Origin: an uncultured Desulfurococcaceae archaeon
GTDB lineage: Archaea > Thermoproteota > Thermoprotei_A > Sulfolobales > Desulfurococcaceae
Length of the DNA: 43,037 nt
Direction: 5' to 3'
NCBI GenBank assembly: GCA_964466845.1
Contig: CAYXOO010000001.1
Location: 9,540-52,576, forward strand
Part shown: piece by piece, positions 1 through 10,093 of the stretch
How the letters are laid out: each line of letters opens with the position of its first letter
Numbering within the stretch: the first letter of the stretch is position 1
Made by a program: the position numbers and the translations under genes
Notes under the pieces: generated by a model
The model's database searches: none
Told to the model about the DNA's origin: nothing
Seen by the model: the letters and a program-made list of their open reading frames with translations, nothing else

Positions 1-1
1 G

Positions 2-1423
2 GAGGAGGGTGGAAGGGTTAAGTATAAACTTGATAGACTAGGTATTCCATTGATAGAGATAGCTACTGCACCAGACATACACTCACCAGAACAAGCACAG
101 AGAATAGCATTTAAGATCGGTCAGTTAGTTAGACTTACTGGTAAAGCTAAGCGTGGACTAGGGACTATTAGACAAGACTTAAACGTTTCTATAAAGGGTG
201 GTGAGAAGATAGAGATTAAGGGTGTACAGCATCTCTACCTAATATCACGTGTTGTAGAATATGAGGCTATGAGGCAGCTTAGACTACTAGAGATCCGTGA
301 TGAGCTTCTAAGACGTGGTGTTAAACCAGAGGATATTAGTGGAGAGATACATGATGTAACAAGTGTGTTTAGAAATACAGAGTCTAGGATTATAAAACGT
401 GTTATTGGTAGGAAGGGTTATGGAGTATACGCTATAGTACTACCTGGCTTCAAGGGGTTGCTTGGTAGAGAAGTACAGCCTGGCCGGAGGTTTGGTGCTG
501 AGTTAGCAGACTATGCACGTGTATGGGGTGGTGTTAAAGGATTATTCCATACAGATGAGTTGCCAGGCTATGGTGTGTCTAGAGAAGAAGTTGATGAATT
601 GTATAGGGTGTTAAATGCTGATCCGTCTAGAGATGCTATAGTGATTATAGCTGATAGAGAGGATCGTGCTAGGAAGGCTCTAGAAGCAGTTGTTGAACGT
701 GCACGTTATGCATTAAAGGGTGTTCCACCAGAGACTCGTGCTGCTAACCCAGATGGTACAACAAGGTATATGAGGCCAAGGCCGGGAGCTGCTAGGATGT
801 ACCCAGAGACCGATATACCCCCTATAGAGGTTACTAGGGAGCTACTTAGTGAAGCAGAAAAGCTTGTACCAGAGCCTTTTGATGTTAAGTATAAGAGGTT
901 TGTCGAGGAGTATGGTCTTAGCAGTGAACTTGCTAAAGCAATACTGTCTAATATAAGGCTTGACTTATTCGAACGTCTTGTAAGGAAGTACTGGGGTATG
1001 GTACCTCCAACGATTATAGCATCTACTATAGAGAATACTCTCAAGAGTCTAAGAGGAGATGGAGTACCAGTTGAGAATATTAGTGATGAACATATTGAGG
1101 AGACTATAGACTTACTAGCTAGAGGAGCTATAGCTAAGGAGGCTATACCAGAGATACTAGCCTATCTAGCTAGGAATCCAGAGTCTAGAGCAGTTGATGC
1201 TATAGAGAAGCTTGGGTTAAAGACTATTAGTCTAGATGAGCTAGAGGAATTGGTTGATAAGGTGTTGATAGAGTATAGGGATAGAGTATTGGAGAGGAGA
1301 GAGAAGGCTTTTGGACTAGTAATGGGTCGTGTAATGGCTGTTGTACGTGGACGTGTTGATGGAGCAACTGTTGCTCGTGTTGTTAGAGAGAAGCTTAAGA
1401 GGTTTCTAGAGGAGAATAAGTAA
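2..1423 (+). CDS. gatE: Glu-tRNA(Gln) amidotransferase subunit E (GatE), C-terminal ~470 aa; 5' end lies outside the window
   Basis: The frame is open from nt 2 ([26 protein letters not shown]...). It has the GatE core plus a GatB/YqeY-like tail ([28 protein letters not shown]). The TAA stop overlaps the next ATG by 1 nt. Confidence 0.9.
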   Translation, partial: EEGGRVKYKLDRLGIPLIEIATAPDIHSPEQAQRIAFKIGQLVRLTGKAKRGLGTIRQDLNVSIKGGEKIEIKGVQHLYLISRVVEYEAMRQLRLLEIRDELLRRGVKPEDISGEIHDVTSVFRNTESRIIKRVIGRKGYGVYAIVLPGFKGLLGREVQPGRRFGAELADYARVWGGVKGLFHTDELPGYGVSREEVDELYRVLNADPSRDAIVIIADREDRARKALEAVVERARYALKGVPPETRAANPDGTTRYMRPRPGAARMYPETDIPPIEVTRELLSEAEKLVPEPFDVKYKRFVEEYGLSSELAKAILSNIRLDLFERLVRKYWGMVPPTIIASTIENTLKSLRGDGVPVENISDEHIEETIDLLARGAIAKEAIPEILAYLARNPESRAVDAIEKLGLKTISLDELEELVDKVLIEYRDRVLERREKAFGLVMGRVMAVVRGRVDGATVARVVREKLKRFLEENK

Positions 1424-1980
1424 TGAAGGCTCCAAGGATAGTTATTACTGGTAGGCCAGGATCTGGTAAATCAACCCTTTTCCATAATATATTGTCTAGA
1501 CTAAAGGCTAGAGACTATAGTATAGCTGGTATTCATAGCCCGGAAGTCAGAGTTAGTGGTAGGAGGATCGGTTTTAAATTCGTTGATCTCTATAGCGGTA
1601 AGGAAGCATGGCTAGCACGTAGAGGTTATCCATCAACAATACGTGTTGGTGCATACGGTGTTGTTGTAGATGAAGCAACTAGTCTATGGAGGGAAGCCTT
1701 AGAGAACATGTCTAGAGCTGATATAGTAGGTATTGACGAGGTTGGCCCCATGGAGCTTAGACTACCCGGGTTTAAGAGGGATCTTGTCGAGAAGGTATTG
1801 TGTCTAGATAAACCAGTTATTCTAGTGATACACTATAGGCTTAGGGACAACGATATACTTGGTAGACTAGCTAATGCATATAGGTATGTTGTTAGTATAG
1901 AGAATAGAGTATTGCTTAACAAGACTGTGCCAGAGAAGGTATTGATGCTAGTGGATGAGTTCTATGGTAAGAGAGGCTAA
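1423..1980 (+). CDS. THEP1/MJ1559-family nucleoside triphosphatase (NTPase_1)
   Basis: N-terminal P-loop VITGRPGSGKST and Walker B-like GIDEVGPME. The ~185 aa size is typical of archaeal THEP1 NTPases. Confidence 0.8.
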   Translation: MKAPRIVITGRPGSGKSTLFHNILSRLKARDYSIAGIHSPEVRVSGRRIGFKFVDLYSGKEAWLARRGYPSTIRVGAYGVVVDEATSLWREALENMSRADIVGIDEVGPMELRLPGFKRDLVEKVLCLDKPVILVIHYRLRDNDILGRLANAYRYVVSIENRVLLNKTVPEKVLMLVDEFYGKRG

Positions 1981-3142
1981 AGTGTATAAGTGGGAGACAG
2001 TTATTACCGAGGGATTAGCTAAGATTATAGCACCTAATCCAGAGTATTATAGGAGGCCAGATGGTGTATATGAGCCAGCATGGGCTCCAGTATTCTACAA
2101 CCCTGTTATGAAGCACAACCGAGATATAGCTGTTGTTATAGCTAATACATTGTTTAGTGGTAAGGAATGGTTTTATGTAGAGCCATTAGCTGGTACTGGT
2201 GTTAGAGGTATAAGGTATTCCTTGGAAGCAACGGGTTGTGGGGTAGTTAATGATGTAGACCCTATAGCCTATAACTACATACGTCGTAATATATACTTCA
2301 ACAACCTTACCAGTAGGATAGAGGCTTACCATATGGATGCTAATATACTGTTGCATACCCTCCGCCACAATGGGCTAGTGATTGACTATATAGATATAGA
2401 CCCTTATGGTTCACCAATACCTTTTATAGACTCTAGTCTAGAAGCAATAGCTCGTAGAGGCTATGTTGCAACTACAGCAACTGATACTGGTACACTATGT
2501 TGTAGCTATAGAGAAGCATGTTATAGAAGATATGGAGCAGTATGCTATAAGACATTGTTCCTAAAGGAGATGGGGCTACGTATACTAATCGGGGCAATTG
2601 TTAGGCATGCAGCAGTCCATGGTATAGCGTTGAAACCACTACTCACATACTATAGGGACTACTATTACAGAGTATACTTTAGTGTAGAGCATAGCTGTAG
2701 ACAAGCATATATGATTCTGAGAGACAATATAGGGTACATAATATATGATACAATATCCCATAACAACCGCTATGAGAGAGAATGCACTAGTCTAGATAGA
2801 AACGAGGTATGCATAGGCCCGCTATGGATAGGATCTCTTGGGGATAGAGGCTTTGTAGAAGATGTTATCAAGACAATAGGTAGACTTAGAGACAGACTAC
2901 CCCATCTAGAGTACCTGAAGCCTTTCCTCCATCAACTCTCTATAGAGTATACAATCAATAAACCATACTATAGATATGACATACTATGTGGGTTAATAAG
3001 GAGGAACATGCCTCCACGTAGGAAGCTTGTTGAAGAACTCAATAGACAAGGCTTTATAGCTATTGAGACACACTTTGATCCAAGAGGAGTGAAGACTGAT
3101 GCAGACTACAATAGCTTTATGGAGATACTAGAGAGTATCTAG
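1955..3142 (+). CDS. trm1: tRNA (guanine26-N2)-dimethyltransferase Trm1
   Basis: Trm1-type N-terminus (EGLAKIIAP...FYNPVMKHNRDIAV). SAM-binding region EPLAGTGVRGIRY and IDIDPYGSP motif. The start is ambiguous (ATG 1955 or ATG 1964) and overlaps the upstream gene. Confidence 0.9.
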   Translation: MSSMVREAKVYKWETVITEGLAKIIAPNPEYYRRPDGVYEPAWAPVFYNPVMKHNRDIAVVIANTLFSGKEWFYVEPLAGTGVRGIRYSLEATGCGVVNDVDPIAYNYIRRNIYFNNLTSRIEAYHMDANILLHTLRHNGLVIDYIDIDPYGSPIPFIDSSLEAIARRGYVATTATDTGTLCCSYREACYRRYGAVCYKTLFLKEMGLRILIGAIVRHAAVHGIALKPLLTYYRDYYYRVYFSVEHSCRQAYMILRDNIGYIIYDTISHNNRYERECTSLDRNEVCIGPLWIGSLGDRGFVEDVIKTIGRLRDRLPHLEYLKPFLHQLSIEYTINKPYYRYDILCGLIRRNMPPRRKLVEELNRQGFIAIETHFDPRGVKTDADYNSFMEILESI

Positions 3143-3561
3143 ACTCTCTTCTTCTTAGCATAAACATTGTTATAGAGCCATTCTTCAAGCCATGGACAAT
3201 TAGTTGGATCGTAGAAGCCTCCCTCATAACACTTATCTATAAATGGGCACTTAACACATGGTATGTCTAGGAAGGGTCTTATATCGATCTTTGTTAGAAA
3301 CTTTAGCTCTAGCTTCTTCTTAGCCTTAGTAGGCTTCTTTGGTGGAGCTGGTAGTATGAGATAGGTCTTTCTACCACGGTTTACAGCTGGCTTCCTTATT
3401 ATCAATCCTCTCTTCATAAGCTTAGCTACAATCCTAGATGCTTCACGGCTGTTGATGCCAAGTATCTTCCATAGATCATTCTGGTATATCCCCTTTTTAC
3501 GATGCTTTAGTATAAGGTCGTATGCTTTCTTCTCCATATCACTTAGTTCATCGTATAGCAT
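3139..3561 (-). CDS. Winged-helix protein with a C-terminal 4-Cys cluster; candidate TFE-beta (RPC34/TFIIE-beta-like)
   Basis: N-terminal wHTH (YQNDLWKILGINSREASRIVAKLMKRGLIIRK), a basic linker, then CVKCPFIDKCYEGGFYDPTNC (four Cys). This matches the crenarchaeal TFE-beta architecture of a WH domain plus an FeS domain. It lies next to tfb. Confidence 0.5.
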   Translation of the reverse strand: MLYDELSDMEKKAYDLILKHRKKGIYQNDLWKILGINSREASRIVAKLMKRGLIIRKPAVNRGRKTYLILPAPPKKPTKAKKKLELKFLTKIDIRPFLDIPCVKCPFIDKCYEGGFYDPTNCPWLEEWLYNNVYAKKKRV

Positions 3562-3744
3562 CCTACCCCACCATTCCCAGCTACACTATAGTTGTCTCTA
3601 TATGTTACTCATACCAAGTCTCTAACCTACGCTCACTCGATCAGTTATGGATTCTACTATAATATTCTTCTCTTAGACAATATATCTTTAACCCAACAAG
3701 GTATTGATCCACTCTAGAATTAAACGATTAGGTTTTTATGTGAG

Positions 3745-3756
3745 AAGAAAAAAGGT
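3745..3756 (-). terminator. Oligo-T tract downstream of tfb (possible archaeal intrinsic terminator)
   Basis: The minus strand reads CCTTTTTTCTTC about 35-46 nt after the tfb stop codon. Confidence 0.3.
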
Positions 3757-3790
3757 TTTGGGAACAACCTTATGGTCTAGTACGTGTATG

Positions 3791-4708
3791 CTATAGCCTT
3801 ACTTCTATATCGAAATGCTCTATGAGGTCTCCATACCTATTCCTTATAGTTACATCAGTTACGTTACATACTCTTGCTACATCCTGTTGTGTCTTCTTCT
3901 CATCAAGTAGTATTGATGCCACATATACTGATGCAGCAGCTAGTCCTACTGGTCCACGTCCACATCCAATCTCTAGTTTCCTAGCTAGGTATGTAAGGTA
4001 TGCTGCAAAATACTGTACTTCCGACGACAAACCTAGTCTATTTACAATTAATGGTATAAAGTCTTTTGGCTCAAGCATCTTTGGCGTAACATCTTTTACA
4101 ACACTAAGTATCTTCCTCTCAGCCTTCCACAGATCTCCTTCTTCAAAACCTAGCTGTCTAGCAATAGATCTAAGTGTTAACGGTATACTGTATACACGAC
4201 ATGCAAGCAATATAGATGAAGCAGCCATTGCCTTCATAGTCTTCTTCTTAACATTCAATCTCTCAATAGCCTTCCTTAGTATCCTAGCTGCTTCCTCTCT
4301 AACCTGTGGAGGCAACTGTAGTTTCGAGACATACTCGTTTAAGAACCTTAGAGCTGTAACCTCGTTCTTATCCTTCTTCTCAATACGTGATCGCCTCTGT
4401 ATCCTCTGTAGTTCACGGACCCTCTTCTTAAAGGTTTTTGATAACCCCTTGCCTTTAGTAGAGAATGTTGTTACAAATCCACGGTCGTGCATAGCTAGCG
4501 TAAGTGATGAGCCAGTACGTGATTTTAGCTGTGATTCACCTGGCTCAAAGGCTCTCCACTCTTTCCCAAAATCTACCACATGATCCCCTATGACAGTACC
4601 ACACTTAGTACACACATACTCTCCACGCATTGGATCAAATATTACACTCTTGGATTTACAGTGCGGACACCTACCTATAGCATGCTCGTAGATCAAGAAA
4701 TATATCAC
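3791..4708 (-). CDS. tfb: Transcription initiation factor B (TFB)
   Basis: N-terminal Zn ribbon CPHCKS...CTKCG, a B-reader/linker, and two cyclin-fold repeats. The GTG start overlaps the gar1 stop (GTGA). Confidence 0.93.
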   Translation of the reverse strand: MIYFLIYEHAIGRCPHCKSKSVIFDPMRGEYVCTKCGTVIGDHVVDFGKEWRAFEPGESQLKSRTGSSLTLAMHDRGFVTTFSTKGKGLSKTFKKRVRELQRIQRRSRIEKKDKNEVTALRFLNEYVSKLQLPPQVREEAARILRKAIERLNVKKKTMKAMAASSILLACRVYSIPLTLRSIARQLGFEEGDLWKAERKILSVVKDVTPKMLEPKDFIPLIVNRLGLSSEVQYFAAYLTYLARKLEIGCGRGPVGLAAASVYVASILLDEKKTQQDVARVCNVTDVTIRNRYGDLIEHFDIEVRL

Positions 4709-4998
4709 CTCCTATGTCTCTTTTTACGAGAAACCTTTCTCTTACCCCTAGTAGGCTTCTTTTCTAAATAGAAATAAACTGGGCCAGGCTCCACTAGATC
4801 AGCTATTTCTCTAGACTCTGGTTTAACAACTATATATGGAGACTCTGTAGGCCCTATAACATCTACTATCCTGCCAATCCTTCTCATGTCTCTATCATAG
4901 ACTATTGCTCCAACAAGTCTCCTTGGATCCCTATGGCTAGACCTTACTATCAACAACCCAGTGTTTGTCTTATGTAGTAGTTCTCCAAGTTTTTTCAC
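4705..4998 (-). CDS. gar1: H/ACA RNP protein Gar1
   Basis: Gar1 core GAIVYDRDMRRIGRIVDVIGPTESPYIVVKP with a basic tail. The gar1-tfb linkage is typical of archaea. Confidence 0.85.
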   Translation of the reverse strand: MKKLGELLHKTNTGLLIVRSSHRDPRRLVGAIVYDRDMRRIGRIVDVIGPTESPYIVVKPESREIADLVEPGPVYFYLEKKPTRGKRKVSRKKRHRR

Positions 4999-5203
4999 AA
5001 AAACACACCCAGCCAGAGAGTCCTCGGTATAACCAGTTCTGTGCCTACATAGATAAAGCTATAGACCCAAGGAACTAGTGTGTACATTTGAGAGTGGAAC
5101 ACATAGTGTTTTCTATAACTGATTCAAATAACTAGGTAGAACAAGAGTATTACCTATTGTCCTATAACTGTTATTCAACGGTATTACCATTAACTAGCAA
5201 TGA

Positions 5204-5506
5204 TTACTTCTTCCCACGTAGCTCCATGATCTTTCTTGCAATCATTCTTAGGATCTCTTGTTTACTAGCCTTTTTATCAACAACTACTCTATACCTATGC
5301 TTCCACCATACTCTTGGATACCTAGCTTCTTCTACAATAGGGTTTAAACCTAGCTCATTAGCAGCCTTAACTATTTCCTCTACACTAGGGTTTCTAACAG
5401 CTATACTCTTTGGTACTCTCCTACCCTCTCTCCATGATAAACTAGAGTCTATATAGGCTGGATAAACAACTATTTTCTTACCCCTATACTCTCTACTCAA
5501 AAACAC
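5204..5506 (-). CDS. srp19: Signal recognition particle protein SRP19
   Basis: KIVVYPAYIDSSLSWREGRRVPKSIAV is the hallmark SRP19 N-terminal motif; 100 aa. Confidence 0.88.
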   Translation of the reverse strand: MFLSREYRGKKIVVYPAYIDSSLSWREGRRVPKSIAVRNPSVEEIVKAANELGLNPIVEEARYPRVWWKHRYRVVVDKKASKQEILRMIARKIMELRGKK

Positions 5507-5522
5507 ATTGTCCTCCTAGAAG

Positions 5523-5921
5523 CTATTCTCTCTTAATAAGAATTCCATTCAATACACCGTCTTGCCCAGGTCTAGATGTTACTCTTGCAACACCTAGTTC
5601 TGTCCTAACAAGTGCACCCCTGGTTATTACCCCACTACGTGAGTAGTCTGGGTTAGCAGGATTCTCTATAACAGCTAGTACTCTAACCTTTTGTACACGT
5701 TTTTCTTCAGGTATTACAAGGTTTATGTATACGGCTCTCCTTAGTCTAACCTTGTAGTTACCACCTCTAACCCTAATTATCTTCCTCTCCTCTCTAGAGC
5801 CTAGCTTGGTAAGTGTTGGTGGCCTACCTAGTTCATACTTCCTCTTCTTCCTATGTGGTCTCTTCCTACCACCAGACGGCTTCCTCAGATCGTTTCCTTG
5901 GTAGTAAGCCATAGCCTCCAC
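5523..5921 (-). CDS. rps8e: 30S ribosomal protein eS8 (S8e)
   Basis: YQGNDLRKPSGGRKRPHRKKRKYELGRPP plus GNYKVRLRR are typical S8e motifs. Confidence 0.9.
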   Translation of the reverse strand: MEAMAYYQGNDLRKPSGGRKRPHRKKRKYELGRPPTLTKLGSREERKIIRVRGGNYKVRLRRAVYINLVIPEEKRVQKVRVLAVIENPANPDYSRSGVITRGALVRTELGVARVTSRPGQDGVLNGILIKRE

Positions 5922-5934
5922 CTAGTCTAGCCTA

Positions 5935-6513
5935 CTATGTCTTCAAGGCTTTTAATACTTTCTTCAAATCCTCTACATAGACTAGTCTTCTATAAAATCC
6001 TTTCTTAATAAAAGGCGTTATAGCCATTAGGGTTGCTTGGTAGCTCAGTTCAACCCTTGTTATACACCCTCTTGTCACATACCCTACTGCTCCAAACAAC
6101 CTGCCTATGTCTTTGAAACCAGTCTCTCTAGCCATCACACTACCTAGTGTTGAGCCAGAACCTATGTCCCTATAGACCCATTCCGGTAGTGGGAATAAAC
6201 TACTAAACCCTAGGCCTACACGATTGTCTCTATCAACAACAACTGCTACTTGCCCCTCAATAGGATAGCCTATGTTGAACAATACACCACCCTCTATACC
6301 AACACCAATGTCTCCACCATACTCTATCGATGTAACCGCCCTATAGAGAGCAAGCTCTATAGTCTCTACAAGTCCAACTGGTTGTTCAACACTTGTATCA
6401 ACCCGTATAGCTTCATAAGAGTCTACACCAAGTAGACTAAGAGCCTTTAGAGCACCAGTTATTTTAGCCTTATTAGTAGAGCCTATGATAGCCTTCAATA
6501 CAGCTTCACCCAA
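5935..6513 (-). CDS. DUF84/YjjX-family non-canonical NTPase (inosine/xanthosine triphosphatase-like)
   Basis: IIGSTNKAKI..., SVEQPVGLVET, GVGIEGGV and GAVGYVTRGCITR follow the YjjX family pattern. Confidence 0.75.
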   Translation of the reverse strand: MGEAVLKAIIGSTNKAKITGALKALSLLGVDSYEAIRVDTSVEQPVGLVETIELALYRAVTSIEYGGDIGVGIEGGVLFNIGYPIEGQVAVVVDRDNRVGLGFSSLFPLPEWVYRDIGSGSTLGSVMARETGFKDIGRLFGAVGYVTRGCITRVELSYQATLMAITPFIKKGFYRRLVYVEDLKKVLKALKT

Positions 6514-6583
6514 ACTGTTAATAGGTGTAATAGAGTATTATAAGGAGTGTAAGGAATTTCTCTTACATAGGGTTGTATAGGGT

Positions 6584-7387
6584 ATGACTAAGAAGAAAAG
6601 GTATTTATATAGAGTATTGAGAGTAATGCTTAAACCTATCTATAAATTGTATGAGAAATGGCTTTGGATGCAGATTAGAAAAGGCCCCTTCCCAGTACAT
6701 ATAGGTATTATACCAGATGGCAACCGTAGATGGGCTAGGCTAATGAACCTAGATCCATGGATGGGGCATGAAGAAGGCTACTACAGGATCAAGGAGGTGC
6801 TTGAATGGATATGGGATCTAGGTATAAAGGCTGTAACAATATATGCTATGTCTACAGAAAACTGTCTCCATAGACCACCCAAGGAGAGAGAAAAACTGTT
6901 TGAACTAGCCCGTCGTGGCCTAAAGGAGCTGCTTGAAGACAAACATGTATATAAGTATAGGGTTAGAGTAAAGGTTATTGGAAACCGTGATCTAGTGCCT
7001 AAGGATATTATTGAGATAGCAAAGAGTGTTGAAGAGAAGACTAAAGGGTTTAACGACCATATACTCTACATAGCACTATGCTATGGTGGTAGACAAGAGA
7101 TTATAGATGCTGTAAAGAATATTGCTAGAGATGTCGAGAAAGGAGTTATTAAGCCCGATGATATAGACGAGGAATTATTCAGGAAATACCTATATACAAG
7201 AGAAGCACCAGACCCAGACCTAGTTATAAGGACCTCCGGGGAGGTAAGGATAAGTAATTTCCTCCTATGGCAACTGGCTTACTCAGAACTATACTTCTGT
7301 GAAGCATTCTGGCCTGAGTTCCGTAGAATAGATTTCTGGAGAGCTATACGTTCATACCAGCATAGAGAGAGAAGGTTTGGTAGATAA
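6584..7387 (+). CDS. uppS: cis-prenyltransferase (undecaprenyl/di-trans,poly-cis-polyprenyl diphosphate synthase)
   Basis: HIGIIPDGNRRWAR, RTSGEVRISNFLLWQLAYSELYF and the ERRFG tail are all present. Confidence 0.92.
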   Translation: MTKKKRYLYRVLRVMLKPIYKLYEKWLWMQIRKGPFPVHIGIIPDGNRRWARLMNLDPWMGHEEGYYRIKEVLEWIWDLGIKAVTIYAMSTENCLHRPPKEREKLFELARRGLKELLEDKHVYKYRVRVKVIGNRDLVPKDIIEIAKSVEEKTKGFNDHILYIALCYGGRQEIIDAVKNIARDVEKGVIKPDDIDEELFRKYLYTREAPDPDLVIRTSGEVRISNFLLWQLAYSELYFCEAFWPEFRRIDFWRAIRSYQHRERRFGR

Positions 7388-7393
7388 CTATAT

Positions 7394-8515
7394 TCATCTC
7401 CTACTAGTAGTTGATAGCTTGTGTTCTAGTACCATAAACAGTATAGTGGTAGTTATTGTAACGATTATTGCTAGACCAATCAATGTAATAACTTCTGTTG
7501 TAGAGAATAATTTTATGATATCTTCTAGACCGCCTCTCTTTATAGACTTAGCCATATAGGATACCCGCTGCAACACAGTAACTATGAATATAAGTGGTAT
7601 AAGTGGTAATACGTCCTTCCATATAGATGATACAACGCCTCTCTGTAAGCTATAGATCAGTCTACCACTAATAATGGATACCGTACCTAGTATGATCAAT
7701 GCTTGTATAGCATCAATCATTGTAGTGAAAGAACTTATTGTTAAACCAGTGTATACTGTAGCAACGACTACTATACATGCACTAGCATAGGATACAACAC
7801 CTAGTAGCACAGTAGTAAAGAGTATTGGAGATTTCCTCCATAAGCCAATAGTTCTACCAATAACACCAAAACCCTTTATAATCAATGCAGCACCAAGTAT
7901 AATCATTACTATCTCGTTTAGATACATTGTAAGCTTTAGTACACTAGCTATAGCTATACTAACAATGATGATACCCGGTACCCCAAGGAATATCTTGGAG
8001 TACGGTTGTTCATTAATGGCTTTCTTAACATACTTTGAGATCAAGATGAACGTTTCTTCAACACCACGTGATTGCTCAACAACAACTCTCTCAACACCAA
8101 TTATTTCACCAAAACTCTGTAGAACAGGAAGTACACGTTCATCACTGGCTCCATCAGATACAAATACTATACTCTTAAAACCAAGCTCTCTCTTAAGCCT
8201 CTCTAGATCTCTTCTAATCCTTAGATTAGCTCTCAAACCACTATGCTCGTCACCAGCTAGGACAGCTACTTCAACACTGTAGCCTTGCCTCTTAAGCTCA
8301 CGGTATACAGAGAGAGCTTTAAAAATAGCGTTTACATCTGAGTCCTCCGGTCTCTCTAGACCAAACTCCATTAGGGCTCTAGCTACTTCTCTATAGCCTA
8401 CTACTGGTGTCTCTACACCAGCTCTACCTAGATCATCGTCTATATCTACAACTAGTACTAGTACGTCAACCCTCTTACTCTCCACGGAGCTCCTCGATGA
8501 GTTCATCAGTATCAC
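7394..8515 (-). CDS. DUF373-family integral membrane protein
   Basis: Soluble N-domain (VLVLVVDIDDDLGRAG...VFVSDGASDE) followed by about 6 TM helices. The start is uncertain because it overlaps the upstream gene. Confidence 0.7.
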   Translation of the reverse strand: MILMNSSRSSVESKRVDVLVLVVDIDDDLGRAGVETPVVGYREVARALMEFGLERPEDSDVNAIFKALSVYRELKRQGYSVEVAVLAGDEHSGLRANLRIRRDLERLKRELGFKSIVFVSDGASDERVLPVLQSFGEIIGVERVVVEQSRGVEETFILISKYVKKAINEQPYSKIFLGVPGIIIVSIAIASVLKLTMYLNEIVMIILGAALIIKGFGVIGRTIGLWRKSPILFTTVLLGVVSYASACIVVVATVYTGLTISSFTTMIDAIQALIILGTVSIISGRLIYSLQRGVVSSIWKDVLPLIPLIFIVTVLQRVSYMAKSIKRGGLEDIIKLFSTTEVITLIGLAIIVTITTTILFMVLEHKLSTTSRR

Positions 8516-9386
8516 TATATAGTATCTTAAGCTCCTCTAGTGTTAATTTGTGCTTACCCTTCTTAAGCTTCTCCATAACAGCTTTCTTCTTCTCCTCAAT
8601 AATAGCTCTTAGCCTTCTCTTCTCAATCTCTCTAACAGTCTCGTTGTACTTGTCTCTAAGCTCGTTCAACTTATTAACAAGCTCCCCGATCTCAGAGTTT
8701 ATACCATTTAGTCTCTCTTGTAGACTATTTATTCTCTCACTAAGCTCATTAACTATACCGCTAAGCTCGTTTATCTCATTCCTTAGTACTTCTCTACGTT
8801 CATCAATTCTTGATATCTCACTACTTACCTCGTTAATCCTATTCTGTAGATCAGATACTTCCAGTCTAAGCCTCATAAGCTCTGCTCTAAGCTCTATAAA
8901 CTGTTTCTTTTGTTCACGAGCCTTAAGTGCTTTCTCAAGTAATTGTTCTAGTCTAGCTATTTCACGTATAATCTCGTTTTCTTCCTCTATAGTCAGTATC
9001 CTTGTCTGCTGGATCCACTCTAGCCTCTCGATCTCTCTACGTATAGCATTTATTGGTATCCTTGCTTCTTTACCAAGTTCACTCATAAGCCTTCTCTTCT
9101 CTCTCATAAGATTCAATACAGTCTTGAACTCATTGAGTTTCTCTCTACGCTCTTGTCTAAGGCTACGGACTTTCTCTACAAGTTCTCTCCTCTTACCAGT
9201 TAGGCTACGGTATTCTTCTCTAAGACTCCTTAGTTTATCAATGTAGCCTCTACGTTCTCTCCTAAGATCCTTTAGTTCAGCTATAATCTCTACTCTCTCG
9301 CTCTTAAGCTCCTTAATCCTATTCCTTACACTTGTTATCTCATCTGCTAGTTTTTCAAGCATCTGTTCTAGCTCTACATTATCCAT
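8475..9386 (-). CDS. Archaeal coiled-coil protein (COG1340-like)
   Basis: 303 aa that is almost entirely heptad-like E/K/R/L-rich coiled coil. No enzymatic motifs were seen. Confidence 0.6.
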   Translation of the reverse strand: MDNVELEQMLEKLADEITSVRNRIKELKSERVEIIAELKDLRRERRGYIDKLRSLREEYRSLTGKRRELVEKVRSLRQERREKLNEFKTVLNLMREKRRLMSELGKEARIPINAIRREIERLEWIQQTRILTIEEENEIIREIARLEQLLEKALKAREQKKQFIELRAELMRLRLEVSDLQNRINEVSSEISRIDERREVLRNEINELSGIVNELSERINSLQERLNGINSEIGELVNKLNELRDKYNETVREIEKRRLRAIIEEKKKAVMEKLKKGKHKLTLEELKILYSDTDELIEELRGE

Positions 9387-9391
9387 GCACT

Positions 9392-10093
9392 CTACCTCTT
9401 CCTAAGTATAACTCTAGCGTCGACAACAAGTGCTCCATCCGGGTAGGCCATTATGGGGTTTAGGTCTAGAGAGTCTACTTCAGGGTTTTCTTCAAGGAGT
9501 TTACCAACTTTCACGATAATATCTGCTAGAGCTTTCTTATCAACACCTGGTATGTTACGGTATCCCTCTAGTATCTTTGAAGCCTTTATCTCACTCATCA
9601 TCTCTAGTGCATCGTTTACATCTAGTGGTGCTATACGGAATGATACATCCTTTAGTACCTCCACAAATATTCCTCCAAGACCAAACATTACTACTGGACC
9701 AAACACGTTATCCCTAAGCCCACCAACAATTACTTCTAGTCCTCCCCTCCTAGCCATCTTCTGTACGAGTACACCAGTTATTCTAGCACTTGGTGCTTTC
9801 TCTGGTACAACCCTCATGATCTTGTTGTAAGCGTTTATTAGTTCATCACTATTGTTTAAACCAACTATTACACCGCCGACATCACTCTTATGGCTTATAT
9901 CTGGTGATACAATCTTTAATACAACTGGATAACCTATCTTCTCAGCAATCTCTATAGCTTCATCAACGTTTTTAGCTAGATAAGCATCTGCAACAGGGAT
10001 TCCATAGGCCTTCATAAACTCTATAGCTTCGTGTTCAAGTAGTTTACTACGGCCCTCGGATAAGGCTTTTTCAATTATCTCTCTAGGGTTCAT
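9392..10093 (-). CDS. acdB: ADP-forming acetyl-CoA synthetase, beta subunit (ATP-grasp domain)
   Basis: LLEHEAIEFMKAYGIPV..., GYPVVLKIVSPDISHKSDVGGV and GGIFVEVLKDVSFRIAP. A 4-nt overlap links it to the alpha subunit. Confidence 0.85.
   Translation of the reverse strand: MNPREIIEKALSEGRSKLLEHEAIEFMKAYGIPVADAYLAKNVDEAIEIAEKIGYPVVLKIVSPDISHKSDVGGVIVGLNNSDELINAYNKIMRVVPEKAPSARITGVLVQKMARRGGLEVIVGGLRDNVFGPVVMFGLGGIFVEVLKDVSFRIAPLDVNDALEMMSEIKASKILEGYRNIPGVDKKALADIIVKVGKLLEENPEVDSLDLNPIMAYPDGALVVDARVILRKR

Noticed and set aside
3822-4583. 253-aa ORF on the + strand antisense to tfb. Similar long antisense ORFs occur at 10994-11527, 39417-39839, 9453-9830 and 7965-8282.
   Set aside because: They are mirror-frame shadows of strongly supported genes (TFB, AcdA, Prs, AcdB, DUF373). 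Their translations are Ser/Leu/Thr/Ile-rich with no recognisable motifs.
5181-5191. 11-mer GTATTACCATT shared between the gar1 upstream region (5181-5191) and the palindrome at 20454-20464.
   Set aside because: A single shared 11-mer between two sites in 43 kb read on both strands is expected by chance many times over. It is mentioned only as supporting context for the GTAnTAC array, not as independent evidence.
5157-5456. 99-aa + strand ORF overlapping the SRP19 locus.
   Set aside because: The opposite strand encodes a textbook SRP19 (YPAYIDSSLSWREGRRVP). The + ORF is hydrophobic and low-complexity with no family resemblance.
8407-9246. 279-aa Ser/Leu-rich ORF with striking low-complexity periodicity that could be mistaken for a repeat protein or tandem DNA repeat.
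   Set aside because: It is the antisense frame of the E/K/R/L coiled-coil gene (8475-9386), and GAG/AAG/AGA codons read backwards give CTC/CTT/TCT. No exact tandem DNA repeat unit is visible.
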